Shown: piece by piece, positions 25,192 through 39,153 of the stretch | Layout of the letters: each line of letters begins with the position of its first letter | Numbering within the stretch: position 1 is the stretch's first letter | Assembly: GCA_030390025.1 (NCBI GenBank) | Contig: CM059425.1 | Location: 166,410,001 to 166,474,000, forward strand | Direction of reading: 5' to 3' | Source: Squalus acanthias | Lineage: Eukaryota | DNA length: 64,000 nucleotides | Position numbers and translations under genes: made by a program | Notes under the pieces: generated by a model | Database searches by the model: none | Seen by the model: only the letters and a program-made list of their open reading frames with translations | Told to the model about the DNA's origin: nothing

Positions 25192-25359
25192 TTGACTTTT
25201 GAATGAAATATTGTAATAGTTTGATTCATAAAATTGGTTTGGAATGTTTATTTTGTGATGGTTTTTATTATAGCACTGTGGCCAAGAGGACGCCGTGATG
25301 GTGAGTAACAGAAGGAATGTAAGGTATGGGACTATTGTTGAATGCGGAATTGGGGTTGT

Positions 25360-26490
25360 GTGTTCACTGATACTGCAGATCACGGACAGCCCGGGTAGGA
25401 AGGGGCTGTCAGGGTTGCCTCCTCCCTTCCGCTTCCTACTCTTCCACTTCCTCCTCCTCCTCTTCCTCCTCAGCTGGTCGACGTATGCCTGGTGGCAAGG
25501 GCTGTGCCCTCATGATGGCGAGGTTGTGGAGCATGCAGCTGACCACAACGAATCTTGAGACACACTCCAGTGAGTACTGCAGGGCTCCTCCAGAGCGGTC
25601 CAGGCAGCGGAATCACTGTTTAAGCATGCCAATGCTCTGCTCTATCAGATTCCATGTGGCAGCATGGCTTTCATTATATGAATGCTGCCCACATGTGGTT
25701 GGGTTGCACAGTGGAGTCATGAGCCAGGTGGTCAGCGGATAGCCCTTGTTGCCCAGTAGCCACCCTCTGGTTTGTCGTGGTGGATCAAGTGCTGATGGTA
25801 CAGCGGACTGCCGCAGAATGCCTGCTGCCAGGATACTGAGCATTGACTTGAATGATGTGCTGAGTGTGGTTGCACACCAGCTGGACTTTGAGGGAGTGGA
25901 ATCCCTTCCATTTGTGAAACATCTCCAAATTGAGATGCAGCACCCGCAAAGTGACGTGTGTGCAGTCAATGGCACCCTGAACCATGGGGAAGCCTGCTAT
26001 CCTGGTGAAGCCTTGTGCTCGCTACGTCTGCTTCCCTCTGGCAAGAGAGAATGAAATGTATTCAGCTTTCCTTGCATACAGAGCCTCACTCATCTTCCTT
26101 ATACAGGAGTGGATGGCAAACTGGGAGATGTTACAGATGTCACCTGCTCCAGCCTGGAAGGAGCCCGATGTGAAGAAGTTCAAGGCAACAGTTTACAGCC
26201 ACTGGCAATGCCGTCCTCGCCCTGGACTGAGGCTGCAGGTCTGCCTGCAGCAGGTGGCAGATTTCAGTGAGCACCTTAGTGAAGCTGGGATGTCGCATGC
26301 ACTGATCCTCGCTGAGGTTGAGGTCGGAGAATTGCTCCCTGCAAACCCTGGGTGGATATGGCCTCCTGCTGAGAGCCCTTCTCCCTGTCCTCCTCCTGTC
26401 TCTTCTAGTAGTTTGTCCTGCTCTGTGTCACCTCTGCTCATTCTCCCTGTCATGCTGCAGGCCAAGGGGGATACAAACTATTGCACCCAT
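25360..26490 (-). pseudogene. Harbinger transposase, frameshifted
   Basis: Fragments MVQGAIDCTHV, KGFHSLKVQLVC, GWLLGNKGYPLTTWLMTP and YNESHAATWNLIEQSIGMLKQ lie in different frames. Confidence 0.88.
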
Positions 26491-28663
26491 GTCTGGGAGC
26501 ATCTGATCTGAGCAGAGCCCTTGCAAGTCAGTACCAAGTCCTTGAGCATGTGCCACACCACTCCTTGTAGATTTTAGGCAACTTTAAAGAAGTCTAGAAA
26601 GCACCAAACACTTGTACAAACTCAGCAACAGCTAGTAGAAATGAATCAGCAACTAACCTGTAAGTAGGTGATGATCCCTTTAGATAGCACTGGTAGAGGG
26701 TTAAGAGAGGGCATTAGCTCCAGCCTTACATGCTGTTTGACGTCACTATCTACCTACTCTGCATACCCGGCATATGCTCCCAGCGCTAACGCTAATGCCC
26801 TCACCAAAATGGCGTCCGGCGTGGCCCAGACCAGACGTGTGCGCACACTGCTCGGATGCCATTTTCAAGCCAATTCAGCACCTGTAGTACCCAAACAATG
26901 GGCGCTACACAACCGACTTTTAACCCAATAATCCGGGACAAAATTAATTGGCATTTTGAAAAGTATGGGCTAATAAATGAATGTCAGCACGGATTTGTTA
27001 AAGGTAAATCGTGTTTGACTAACTTGATTGAGTTCTTTGATGAAGTAATGGAGAGGGTTGATGAATGTCGTGCGTTTGATGTTGTATATGTAGACTTTCA
27101 AAAGGCGTTTGACAAAGTACCACAATAGACTTGTTAGCAAAATTAAAGCCCATGGGATTAAATAGACAGTGGCAGCATTGATACAAAATTGATTAAGGGA
27201 CAGAAAGCAGAGAGTAGTGGTGAACAGTTGTTTTTCAGAATGGAGGGAAGTATACAGTGGTGTTTCCCAGGGGTCGGTATTAGGACCACTGCTCTTTTTG
27301 ATATATATTAATGATCTGGACTTCGGTATACAGGGCTTAATTTCAAAGTATGCAGATGATATGAACTCGGAAATGTAGTAAACAATGAGGAGGATAGTAA
27401 CAGACTTCAGGAGGCCATAGACAGACTGCTCACAAATGGACAAACACATGGCAGATGAAATTTAACGCAAAGAAGTGTGAAGTGATATATTTTAGTAGGA
27501 AGAATGAGGAGAGGCAATATGAACTAAATGGTACAATTTTAAAGGGGGTGCAGGAACAGAGACACCCGGGGGTGTATGTACATAAATCTTTGAAGCTGGT
27601 AGGACAAGTTGAGATGGCTGTTAAAAAAGCATTTGAGATCCTTGACTTTATTAATATAGGAATAGACTACAAAAGCAAGGAAGTTATGCTAAACTTTTAT
27701 AAAACACTGGTTTCGCCTCCGCTGGAGTATTGTGTTCAATTCTGAGCACCACACTTTAGGAAGGATGTCAAAACCTTGGAGAGAGCACAGAAGAGATTTA
27801 CTAGAATAATACCAGGGAGTAGATGAGGGACTTAAGTTATGTGAAGAGACTGGAGAAGCTGGGGTTGTTCTCCTTAGAGCCAAAAAGGTTAAGAGGACAT
27901 TTGATTTGATAGAGCTGTTCAAAATCATGAATGGCTTTGATAGAGTAAATAAGGACAAACTGTTTCCAGTGACAGAAGGGTCAGTAATCAGAGGACACAT
28001 ATTCAAGGTGATTGGCAAAAGAACCAGAGGCGACATGAGGTAACATTTTTTTACTGTTTGAGTAGCATCAAAGGATTGTTTTTACAGGTGATTTTGAGCT
28101 ACTTTTTCATTAATGTCAATGAAATAGCATTCTCACAAATTGCCTGTTTGAAAGCCATAGGCCAAGAAATTCGTAATGTTTGTGCTGGCCGTTAAGGCCC
28201 ATTTCGGCAAAAAAATGGCGGCCACCTTACTTCCGCCTGCTGCCGGCGTGTCCTACGATGGCCGCCATTTTCGGCTGGGCGGCAGCTCTGCCGATGTCCA
28301 CGCTCACTAGCGATATGGAGATTATGCAGATCGTGACATCAGTGAGTGTGCAACGCTCACATGACGCCCAATCTGCCATTTTGGAGTGCGCCGCTCAACT
28401 TACTGACCTGTGTTAATTACAGCCAGCTGACCAAGTATTCACAAGCAGGAAGGAGCCTCCAGCAATGTTATTTAAGGGGATTATCAGCAACAACTTGCAA
28501 CTGACATGTTTGTTCAGTTTGACATGCTCTGTGGAACTTTCTGCAGCTCCAGCAGCTTTTTAAACTTCTTTCAAGGTCCTAAGGTAACAGGGAGTCTTGG
28601 TACAAGTGGAGAATGCCTTCCTTCTTATTTAAAGGCTTCTGCTCACAACACTTGCTCACAGTC

Positions 28664-29804
28664 ATGGGGGCTTTACTGGCAGTCCCCGCCCCCCCCACCC
28701 CCGCGCTCGAGTATCTTATGGAGAGGGAGCAGAGGCAGCGAAGAGGAGAAGATGCACGCAGAGGGAGGAGGAGGAGGGCCAGGAGGGCTCTCAACAGGGG
28801 GCCTTACTCAACTAGGGTCTTCAGAGAGCACTGATCTTACCTCCACTTAAGCAAGGTGCGGTGTATTAGGAGGCGCCGCTTCACCAAGGAGGTGGTCACA
28901 GAACTCTGCCACCTCCTGCAACCAGACCTGGAGCCTCAGAGCAGGGCAACGACGGTGCTGCAATTGGCCCTCAAGGTCACCATGGCCCTCAATTTCTTCG
29001 CCAGCGGATCCTTCCAGTCTGCAGCAGAAGATAGCTAACATCTCCCAGTTCGCTGGCCATCGCTGCATCCGGGAGATCACAGAGGCTCTCTACTCCAGGA
29101 GAAGGGACTACATTGTCTTCTCTCTGAGCAGAGAGAAGCAGAAGGAGCGTGCACATAGCTTTGCCAGGATAATGGGTTTCCCCATGGTGCAGGGCGCTAT
29201 CGACGGCACCCATGTGGCTTTGCGGGCGCTGCATACCAAACCTGAGATGTCCTGTAACCGCAAAAGCTACCAATCACTTAATGTGCAGTTGTTGTGCGAC
29301 CATGCCCTGTGCATCCTGATGGTCAATGCCCGCTATCCTGGCAGCAGTCATGATGTCTTCATCCTGGAGCAGTCCGGTGTGCCAGCAATCTTCCAGCTAC
29401 CACGTCAAACCCGGGTGGCTGCTCGGAGACAAGGGCTATCCACTCTGCACCTGACTGATGACTCCCCTCCGCAACCCCAGCACTCATGTAATGAGAGCCA
29501 TGCTGCCACCAGGAACATCATCGAGCAGTGCATCGGGCTCCTGAAGCAACGGTTCTGCTGCCTTGACCACTCGGGAGGAGCCCACCAGTACTTGGTGGAG
29601 TGGGTGTCACATTTCATGGTGGTCTGCTGCATGCTCCACAACTTGGCCATCATGAGGGTGCAGCCCTTGCCAATATGGATAGTGGGACCACCTCAGGAAG
29701 AAAATGAGGAAGAGGAAGAGGAAGAGGAAGGTAGGAGGCAGGCATCAAATCCCCCTTCGGCACGGGCTGTCCGTGAACGCCTCATCAGACTCCGAGTCCA
29801 GTGA
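28664..29804 (+). pseudogene. Harbinger transposase, frameshifted
   Basis: MGALLA..., RRRFTKEVVTELCHLLQPDL, GFPMVQGAIDGTHV, YPGSSHD, RNIIEQCIGLLKQRF and CCMLHN, split over several frames. Confidence 0.88.
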
Positions 29805-29960
29805 ATGAAACCCCAGATCCCCGTTGCTCACTATACCCCTCTGTGACTGAATATCACAGTGGCCTCCTGGGCACAAAGCTGGAATGAGAGCCACCACAAA
29901 ACAAAGTTTCCAAACAAAATTAATAAATTTATCACGATTCAATTTACATTACAATATCAA

Positions 29961-31249
29961 CTAATCACCCTTGTGCAACCCCTCAGTGCCTGTCGTTTGT
30001 GTGCCTTTTCCTGCTCTGGTGCTCCTAGGCACTGCTCCCCCAATGGCTGCAGCATCGCTGGTGGAAGGCTGCTGAGTTTCCGTGGGGGAGACTTCAGATG
30101 GCCTTGGATGATGACCTCGAACAGCTGTGGCCCTAGAAGGCCCGGCTGTAGACTGCACCACCTCGGTATGGGCGGCAACAGTCTGGGCTGGCTGGCTGCC
30201 AGGCAGCGGCAAGGGCAATGGTGGGGTGGCAGTGATGGGAACAGGAATGCTGTCATCCTGAGAGAGGACAGCAGGTTCCTGCGCCACAGACCCACTGCTA
30301 CTCCCACAGGGCAGCACCTCAGCATTTCTAGCCATCTGTTGGAGGACAGATTGCTGGGCTGCTGTGACACCCTGCAAGCCCCTTTCGACACTGGTAAACC
30401 CAGCCACGATGGCAGCAGTCTGAGCTTGCGTTATTGTTAGTGTGGGGGGGGGGGGCGGCGGGAAGCAAGATATCAATGCATACAGCATCAACAGCTTGTA
30501 AGTGAAAAGAGATTGTGGGATGAGAGGGAGGTGGGATGTGAGAAGAACGATTAGGAAAGAGTATACCGTTATTGTCCCCAAGGGCTTCAACTTTGCCCGT
30601 TGCCACGGCGTCGGTGACTTCCCCTCCAATGATGTCGAGCACGCTCTTCTCCAGTTGGCTCAAGGCCTGTATTGAGGCTTGGCCGCCTCCCGTCTGCCGC
30701 TGTTCATGGCGATTGTGAGCCACCTTGGCCTGCAAGAGAAAGGGAAGTGTGTCAGTGAGTGGAGTGCAATGTGTTTGGGTGATGTGCCTGCCATAGTTAA
30801 ATAGCTGTCAGTGTGTGCAACGTGTGAGATGTGGGTGTGAGTGTTGCAGCAGTGGTAAGGTTGTGAGGGCGAAGTGAAGCTATGATTGTGAGGTATGGGT
30901 GGTGATAGGTAGAAATTGTTGGTAGTTGAGTGATAAGGGTGTGGAGCAGTGTGTAAGGTTTGTGGTGCAGATGGTGGGATATGGCATATGCTGAAGCCTT
31001 CACTCACCTTGCCCTGCCATGTGAGGTCATTAGAGTTTTGCGGCATTGGATCCATGTTCTCGGGACCACACTGTTGGCTGTCACGTACCCAGATATCTCT
31101 TGCCAGAGCCTTCTCGATGTATGTGCTGATGGTTTCCTGCCAGTTTGTAGGAACAAAACAGTCCGCTTCCTCTCCACAGCCACCACCAATGCCTCCAGAG
31201 CTGCACCTGAGAACCTTTGGCCTCGTTCTCTTTGCCATTGCTTAGCCAT
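29961..31249 (-). pseudogene. Harbinger Myb/SANT gene (exons ~31249-31008, 30729-30567, partial exon 3)
   Basis: MAKQWQRERGQRFSGAALEALV...RTWIQCRK, AKVAHNR..TGGG and AQTAAIVAGFTSVERGLQG. The 5' part of exon 3 is deleted. Confidence 0.8.
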
Positions 31250-33147
31250 GTCTTCCAACTTCAAGTGTGATTCCAATTAGAGCTCCAACTACAATGACAA
31301 TGAGGTGCTGCTGCATCAAAGCACCTCCCCTTTAAGTAGTGGAGAAAGCCTAGGCCAAACATTACAGGCAATTAGACTGCACCCGATATTGGCCCACCTG
31401 TTGAGCGGTAAGCCAATCAACAGTGTGTTTAGTGCTGAGATCAGTGTTGCAATCATGTAAATGAGCAGGCGGCATGAATCCTGTGTGCTGCCTGGACCAC
31501 TTTGACCTGGTGCAGCTAAATAGCGCTGGGCCATGACACCGTCCATTTTCGGGCCATATCCAATTTCTAGGCCATAAATTACCATGATTACACTAATGGT
31601 TTGTTGATATTGGTGAAAACAAGCTTTTTTCACCGTTTTTTTTATGAAACCATGAATGTTGACCATATGGCTTGCAGTTTTTTTCCTTCAGTTTCTGGTC
31701 TAGAAAAGATATGCAGCTATTTCCACTTTTGGGGAACTCCCTTTGGTTTTATTTCATATGTCTTGGACTGGGATTAGGGACATTTTCAAAACTACTCTTC
31801 CAATTTGGTTTAGTCTCCATAGGACTCCATTCTACTTTCCAACAAGCTACCACCAGGTGCATTGGTAGATGACCCCTATATTATAGCGGTGTTTAATTTT
31901 CAGCACAGCTACTTAGCCTGTGCTATGGAAGGTTGGTGGTGGGAGAAAAACCCCCAAGAAAAACAATAATGAGTGAAAAGCTATCAAGATACTCATCCTC
32001 CCTGCTGCTATCCAAGAAAGGCTTTGTAATCCACTAGAAATGCAATGTAAATGTGAAAGAGCTGACTTGAAATTCAACTTACTTGAGATTCCAACCTGAA
32101 GGAAAATGACAATACTTTTCAATTTACTTTATTTTGGTTTTCTTGATGCAACTACTTGTTGGCTCTTGTGCTTTACTTATTCATTCCTGCCTTTATCCTT
32201 GAATTGCCTCCTATTTTGGCTTACTTGACAATTAATCAAACATGTTGACTGTTATGATTGTTCAAATTGCACCCAGTTGTATTATATGGTGCAGTAGTTC
32301 CTCCACTATGCGTCTCAGTGGATATTTTGTGATGGATACACTGATCCCAAGATCAAGCACATTTTACTAGTTGCATTACATGCTTATGAGCCCCTTTCTA
32401 CAAATGGCATCAATCAATCTGGAATTTCTTTTCTGCTGGGGTTAACATCTGTGCGAGACCCCATCAACACTGAAATAACAAGTTTTCTTGCCAATTACAG
32501 GCTTGTTGAAGTATTTCTCTATTTCCTGTTCTGGACCTTGTTTTACTTGCATCGTTATGTGCAACAAGAACTGGTGGATTCATATTTTATAACATTCAGA
32601 GTCACTTCTTTTGAACGAACACTTGCAATCTTTGTTTCTGAAATTGTGAGCTCTGCGGGGACTGAGAAAGGCCCTGTTTTCAATCAGTATAGAGTGAGTA
32701 ATTACGCCTTCAATCTATACAATGGCAATGATGGATGTTGGAAATCTGAATTTCAGAACCCACAAATGTTTTTTGAAGTATTCCCTCATTAAATTAGGCC
32801 AATAAAAGGTTATTCCAATAATCTTGAAGTACCTTTTCATATAGAGATCTAAGCCTGAAAATTACGGCAAGCAATTTTAACATAAGAAGACTTGATGCAT
32901 TTGCATCGTATTTCACTAAAATTGCCTAAAATTACACAGTATTATCATACAAATGCTTAATGCATTCATAATAAATTCTCGGAAGGATTTGATATTGAGC
33001 ATTTGTACAATAATACACAATGTAATTTTAGGTAATGATGTTCTCTAATCATCCCCAAATTGTTCCTGTAATATGAATATCCAAAGGAAGGCTGAGAAAT
33101 GTTAACCCTATCCATTACCCAACTGTATTGTGTGTGTTACTCAATAT

Positions 33148-33310
33148 AGGGTAATTTTACAAAATTGCGCTTCTGACATGAAGGCATGGCGACTGGGAAC
33201 ACATAGCAAGAATTCGGACATATGCTCCCCATGATTTTCTATCTATTTTAAGCCTATATGTGGGGTAATTTTACACAATAACATTCATGGTGCTTTTGTA
33301 AAATTACCCC
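33148..33310. mobile_element. Small Harbinger-like MITE relic (~163 bp)
   Basis: Inverted termini GGGTAATTTTACAAAA...TTTTGTAAAATTACCC. No clean TSD. Confidence 0.55.
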
Positions 33311-33779
33311 TTACATAAAAGCTTATGTACTTCTAACCATTTGGCCTTTTATTCTCTTATTTACTGCTAGGACATGTCATCGAAGATCAGATCATATAAT
33401 TTGATGAGAAGTAGCAGCAAAATTTATTTAATTAAGAAACTTGTCTATTATCTTTTTGTGCTATGGCAGCAGCCATTGCTCTCTCCAGGAGATGTAAGTA
33501 TAGAGAAGGAGTTGATAAAGGAGATGGTCATATCACATTAAACATCTTATATGAGGAGTAGCATGTAAGAAGGTTTAGGCTAACACGAAGGTAATAACAA
33601 AAGATATTTCAAATTCTAGCTCCAGATTTGTAAGCTGTCTTAATAACTTGAACTGCTGTGCCTCTGGTTATAAAGGTCACATAAGCCATTATTGTATATT
33701 TGCCATAGGATCTTTGAAGACACTGCAGAGATTCAAACGGTAGTCAAGCCATCATTTCCACAGTTAAAATATGACACAT

Positions 33780-34260
33780 TCACTATTCTTGTTCTCTTAA
33801 GCGCCATCCTCCCAGTGTTCCTTCTCCTTCAAATGATGCTGTGGACTGACGCACATTGATAATGGTTCTGTGGTCAAATACCACCTGAACTGTATTTGAG
33901 TGCAAACCATTTCTGTTCATGTAGCCAATGAATTTGACATGAAGAACCCTGATGCCCACAAAGATGCCATTGACAGAGTTTGAAGGAACTCTACCACTCA
34001 CTGAAGGCTGTGCATTGCATCAGGTAAAGTGATAAAAGTGCTGACCCTTGTAAACATGGTAATTGCTGCTAGATGTGCACTACAGACTGCCTGATGTGCC
34101 CCGTGTCTCTGTGGTGGACTGGCAAGGATGCAATTTTCCAGTGGCCCCTTCTGGAAGTGTACCTGAATGGATGCTGGGTGAGGACAGAGTCATGCTTGAC
34201 TGTAATACCTTCCCTTCACAGTTGATCAGCCTGCTAACATTCACTATCAAAGCTCACATA
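33780..34260 (-). pseudogene. Ancient Harbinger transposase relic
   Basis: ORF 33783..34001 contains YMNRNGLHSNTVQVVFDH, matching the NRKGFHSLNVQLVCDH motif. Confidence 0.6.
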
Positions 34261-34996
34261 TGAAGAGTATTCGCTTGGGTGAAGTACTGGAGGGAGACGG
34301 ACATCAAGAAAAACTGTCCTTCAGTAAAAAGTCAACACCTTCAACAGAAGAAGGGGAGTGGGGAGAAAATTGTTGAAGAAAATAAGAAAGAGAGACTATA
34401 TAAATTACTTTCCAACAGAACTACCTTCATACATAGTCTATCACTAGCAGCATTCAAATGTTTGCCATCAAACTGGCATAGCTTGACAGTGTCCTTGAAG
34501 GGTTTGAATTTATAACATTTCTCTTGTTGAATGCCTCAACTAGTAAAATATTCAGGTTTCTGCTTTACAAGCAAAATTGTTTTTTTATTTTTATCCGATT
34601 CACTTCACTGAGCAAGCTTTCCACGTCAGTACTCCTCTGTGCCGGTGAAACGCATCTTTGAAGTGAGTGTGGGCAACAGAAGAATCCAGGTGTGCTGCTG
34701 GCTTGGGATTTCTCATTTCCCTGATAGGATTGCTCCGCAAGCAATGAATTATGGGGCAAAGCAAGAAATTACTATTCGAGAGCTTCACTCTTCCTCTGCT
34801 CCCTAAATACTCTATGGTATTAGAAGCTGGTTAACCAAGATCAAAGTTTGCCTCTGGGCAAGTTCCTTTTCTTTGAATATATGGCTTTTAATTTTTTTAG
34901 GTATTTGTCCCCAAAGTCTCATTTGCAATTGTTGGCAAGACAGAATTTTTTTTTACTAGAGGCAGAAGCCTAGAAACATATTTCCAATAAAAAATA

Positions 34997-37900
34997 GAGC
35001 GGAGGCAGCGGACCTGAGAGGGAGCGAGAGCGGAGCCTGAGTAAATAAAGAGCGCGGCAGAGCAAGGCCCAAGAGCAGAAGCAGTGGACCTGACAACAAA
35101 AAACAAGGAGTGACATCACAGGAAAGCAGGGAAGTGATTGGTTGGTCAGTATTTCTCTCTTTTTCTTGGGCATTGGTTTAAATTAAGAGCCGGGATTAAA
35201 AACTAAATGTTCAAAATTAAACAATTAATTAAATACATTAGAGATGGCAGGGCAGGCGATGTATTACTGCTGCAGCATGTGGGAGCTGGTGGACACCATT
35301 GAGGTCCACGGTGACCACGTTTGCAGTAAGTGTTGGTTGCTCGAGGAATTTCGGCTCTGTGTTGATGAGCTGGAGTCCGAGCATCAAACACTGTGACACA
35401 TCAGGGAGGGGGAGATTACCTGGACGCTATGTTCCAGGAGGCAGTCACACCCCTTAGATTAATTAATTCACATTTGGTGCGTGGTCAGGTACAGGTGGGA
35501 GTGACTACGAGCGAGGCAGGTATGGGGAACCAGGGGGTAGTGGTGGAGGAGCCTCAGCCCTTGCTCTTGTCCAACAGTTACGAGGTTCTTACTCTCTGTG
35601 TGGGCGAGAGCAGGAACTGCAGGGAGGATGAGCAAACTGACCACAGCACCGTGGCACAGGGAGCCATTCAAGTGGGGGGAGCAAAAAGAAATGTGGTAGT
35701 GGTAGGGGACAATATAGTTAGGGGAAAAGACACTGTTCTCTGCAGCCAGAAGCGTGAGTCCCGAAGGCTATGTTGCCTACCCGGTGCCAGGGTAAAGGAC
35801 ATCTCCTCCGGGCTGGAGAAGAACTTGGAGTGGGAGGGGGAGGATCCAGTTGTCGTGGTCCATGTAGATACCAACGACATAGGTAGGACTAAGAAAGAGG
35901 TTCTGCTGGGAGAGTTTGAGCAGCTAGGGACTAAATTGAAAAGCAGGACCACAAAGATAATAATCTCTGGATTATTACCTGAGCCACGAGCAAATTGGCA
36001 TAGGGTCAATAGGATCAGGGAGATGAATGCGTGGCTCAAAGATTGGTGTGGGAGAAGTGGGTTTTGATTCGTGGGGCACTGGCACCAGTACTGGGGAAAG
36101 AGAGAGCTGTTCCGTTGGGACGGACTACACCTGAACCATGCTGGGACCAGAGTTCTAGCGAATCGAATAACTAGGGAGGTAGATAGGGCTTTAAACTAAA
36201 TAAGGGGGCGGGGAGGGGGGGGAGGGTCCTAGTGGAGAGAAATCTAGAATGCTAAAGAGAAAAGACAAGGAAGCAGTGCAGGAAAGTGATTGGGGTAAGG
36301 ATAACCAGATTGTGTCAGGAAGGGACAGAGCGTATAAACAAAGGAGTGCACTAACAAATAGGGTCCGGGTAAGAGAAAATGGTAATAAGACAAATAGGAC
36401 CACAGTACAAAAAAATGTTAAGATGTCCAAAAATGTTAAAAAGACAAATCTAAAGGCACTGTATCTGAATGCACGAAGCATTCTTAATAAGGTAGATGAA
36501 TTAACAACACAAATAGATGTAAACGGATACAGTGGGCCAAAAATTCATCCCGGTGCGCGAGAGTACGCACTGCGTACTCTCGCGTATTCGCTCTCCAATT
36601 GCCGGTTTTCTGCATGCCCTGCGCATGCGCTGAAAACCGGCACTTGGTCTTTTGAAAAGGGGGCGGTTCCTCGGTGCATCACGTGCGCGCTACAGGCTGC
36701 GCGCACGCTGTGCACTTCGTGCTTTGGACGCGCAGGTAAGTACGGAAGATTTTAGAAATGGAAAAAGGAGGAGTAAGACCCACTTTTAACAAGGTAAGTA
36801 GTGAATTAAGTATTTTTTTGAATTTTTTTTAACAGGTATATCTTTTTTAGAGACTTTAAAGACAGGTAAGTTTATTTTTATAACTTTTTAAAAGATTTTA
36901 AATTTTTTCAAAAATTTAATTTTTTATTTAAAATGGTTAATTTATTTAACTATACTTATTTTATTAATGTGATGGTTTTTAAAAAAAATTTAATTGAGGT
37001 TTAACTGTTATTTTGGGGGGGTGTAAGATTCATAGATTTCACAGCACGTATGTGAAACTTATGAATGGAAGATGGTGTGCTGCCATTGGCTCTAACTGAG
37101 TCACGTGATCCCACAGCTCGCACGAATTCACTACGCCGGTGGGATACGCAAGCACTGCCCAGCTGATGTCTGGAACATCAAGTTCGTGCGAGCTGGATCT
37201 GAAAAAGCACAAGCGGAGTGAGAGATCGCGGGGAAGCCTTACCCCCGCGGGAACAGAGCGAGATCAATTTCTGGGCCGATATAATTGCAATTACGGAGAC
37301 ATGGCTGCAGGGTGACCAAGGCTGGGAGTTGAATATCCAAGGATATTTGATATTTAGGAAGGACAGGCAAAAAGGAAAAGGAGGTGGGGTGGCATTATTA
37401 GTAAAAGATGAAATCAGAGCAATAGTGAGAAAGGATATTGGCTCCGAAAATAAAGATGTAGAATCAGTCTGGGTGGAGCTAAGAAGCACCAAGGGGCAGA
37501 AAACATTGGTGGGAGTTGTCTATAGGCCTCCAAACAGTTGTAGTAATGTAGGGGACGGCATCAAACAGGAAATTAGAGATGCATGTAACAAGGGTACTAC
37601 AGTAATCATGGGAGACTTTAATCTACATATAGACTGGCCAAACCAAATTAGCAATAATACTGTGGAGGATGAATAGAGTGCAAAAGCAAGGAGGTTATGC
37701 TAAACCTTTATAAAACACTAGTTAGGCCTCAGTTGGAGAATTGTGTTCAATCCTGGGCACCACACTTTAGGAAGGGTGTCAAGGCCTTGGAGAGGGTGTA
37801 GAAGAGATTTACTAGAATGGTACCAGGGATGAGGGACTTCAGTTAAGTGAAGAGACTGGAGAAGCTGAGGTTGGTCTCCTTAGAGCAGGGAAGGTTAAGA

Positions 37901-38286
37901 GGAGATTTGATAGAGGTGTTCAAAATCATGCATGGTTTTGATAGAGTAAATAAGGAATAACTCTTTCCAGTGGCAGAAGGGTCAGTAACCAGAGGACACA
38001 GATTTAATGTGATTGGCTAAAGAACCAGAGACAACATGAGGTAACATTTCTTTACATAGTGAGTTGTGATCTGGAATGCACTGCCTGAAAGAGTGGTGGA
38101 GGCAGATGCAATAGTACTATTCAAATGAGAATTGGATAAATACTTGAAGGGAAAAAATTTGCAAGGCTATGGGTAAAGAGCAGGGGAGTGGAATTAATTA
38201 GATAGCTCTACCAAAGAACCGGCACTGGTATGATGGGGTAAATGGCCTCCTTCTGTGCTGTATCAGTCTATGATTCTATGATTCTA
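34997..38286 (+). mobile_element. CR1 LINE with 5'UTR, ORF1, endonuclease and 3' end; RT core missing (junction ~37672)
   Basis: ORF1 VVVGDNIVRG, LPGA, VVVHVDTNDIG. Endonuclease LYLNARS, AITETWL, GGGVALLV, VYRPPN, MGDFNL. It then jumps to the EVMLNLYK region and ends in a (TCTATGAT)n tail. Confidence 0.9.
36534..37277. mobile_element. Non-autonomous Harbinger-type element (744 bp) inside the CR1 endonuclease
   Basis: GGGCCAAAAATT...AATTTCTGGGCC termini. Removing it rejoins NGY|DIIAITETWL. TSD is imperfect (AGT/GAT). Confidence 0.78.
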
Positions 38287-39153
38287 AAACATAATCCAAA
38301 CTGAAAATTCTAAGCATTGTAAAATTATGTTGGAAAAGGAGAAGAATTTCACTCCTGTTCATCAACAACAATTTGTATTATATAGCTACTTTAACGTAGT
38401 AAAACATCCCAGGGCGCATCACAGGAGCGTTATCACATAAGGAGATATTATGGCAGATCACCAAAAGCTTGGTCAAAGAGATAGGTTTTATGGAGCGTCT
38501 TAAAAGAGGAGAGGTAGAGAGGCGGAGAGGTTTAGGGAGGGAATTCGAGAACTTAGGGCCTCGGCAGCTGAAGGTACGGCCGCCAATGGTTGAGCGATTA
38601 AAAACGGGGATGCTCAAGAGGCCAGAATTGGAGGCGTGCAGATATCGTGGAGGCTTTTAGGGCTGGAGGAGGTTACAGAGATAGGGAAGGGTGAGGCCTT
38701 GGAGGGATTTGAACACAAGGATGAGAATTTTAAAATCAAGGCGTTGCTCAACTGGGAGCCAATGTAGGTCAGTGAGCACTAGGGGTGATGGATGAACTGG
38801 ACTTGGTGCGAGTTAGGATATGGGCAGCAGAGTTTTGGATGACCTGAAGTTTATGTAGGGTGGAAGATGAGAGGCCGGCCAGGAGTGCATTGGAATAGTC
38901 AAGTCTAGAGGTAACAAAGGTATGGATGAGGGTTTCAGCAGCGGATGATCTGAGGCAGGGCAGAGTCAAGCGATATTACGGAGGTGGAAATTGGCGGTCT
39001 TAGTGATGGCGTGGATATGTGGTCGGAAGTTCATCTCGGAGTCAAATATGACACCAAGGTGGCGAACAATCTGGTTCAGCCTTAGGCAGTTGCCAGGGAG
39101 AGAGATGGAGTCTGTGGCTATGGAATGGAGTTTGTAGTGGGACTGAAGACAAC

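Larger units (their letters stand above)
23000..26926 (-). mobile_element. PIF/Harbinger transposon, 3927 bp (family B), decayed
   Basis: GGGCTAAAAATTGG...CCGACTTTTAACCC termini with AAT TSD. Myb gene on +, transposase on -. Confidence 0.92.
20240..28052 (+). mobile_element. CR1 LINE with ORF1 (Zn-finger plus SGNH esterase-like) and ORF2, degenerate, split by a Harbinger at 23000-26926
   Basis: ORF1 motifs IGDSIVRGID, LPGA and VVVHVGTNDI. ORF2 motifs YVNARS, AITETWL, WRFANITHLFKKG, QHGFVKGKSCLTNLIEFFD and DFQKAFDKVP. ETI|IRD rejoins across the insertion. Confidence 0.92.
28160..31573 (+). mobile_element. PIF/Harbinger transposon, 3414 bp (family C), decayed
   Basis: GGCCAAGAAATT...AATTTCTAGGCC termini with ATA TSD. 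Transposase on +, Myb gene on -. Confidence 0.92.
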
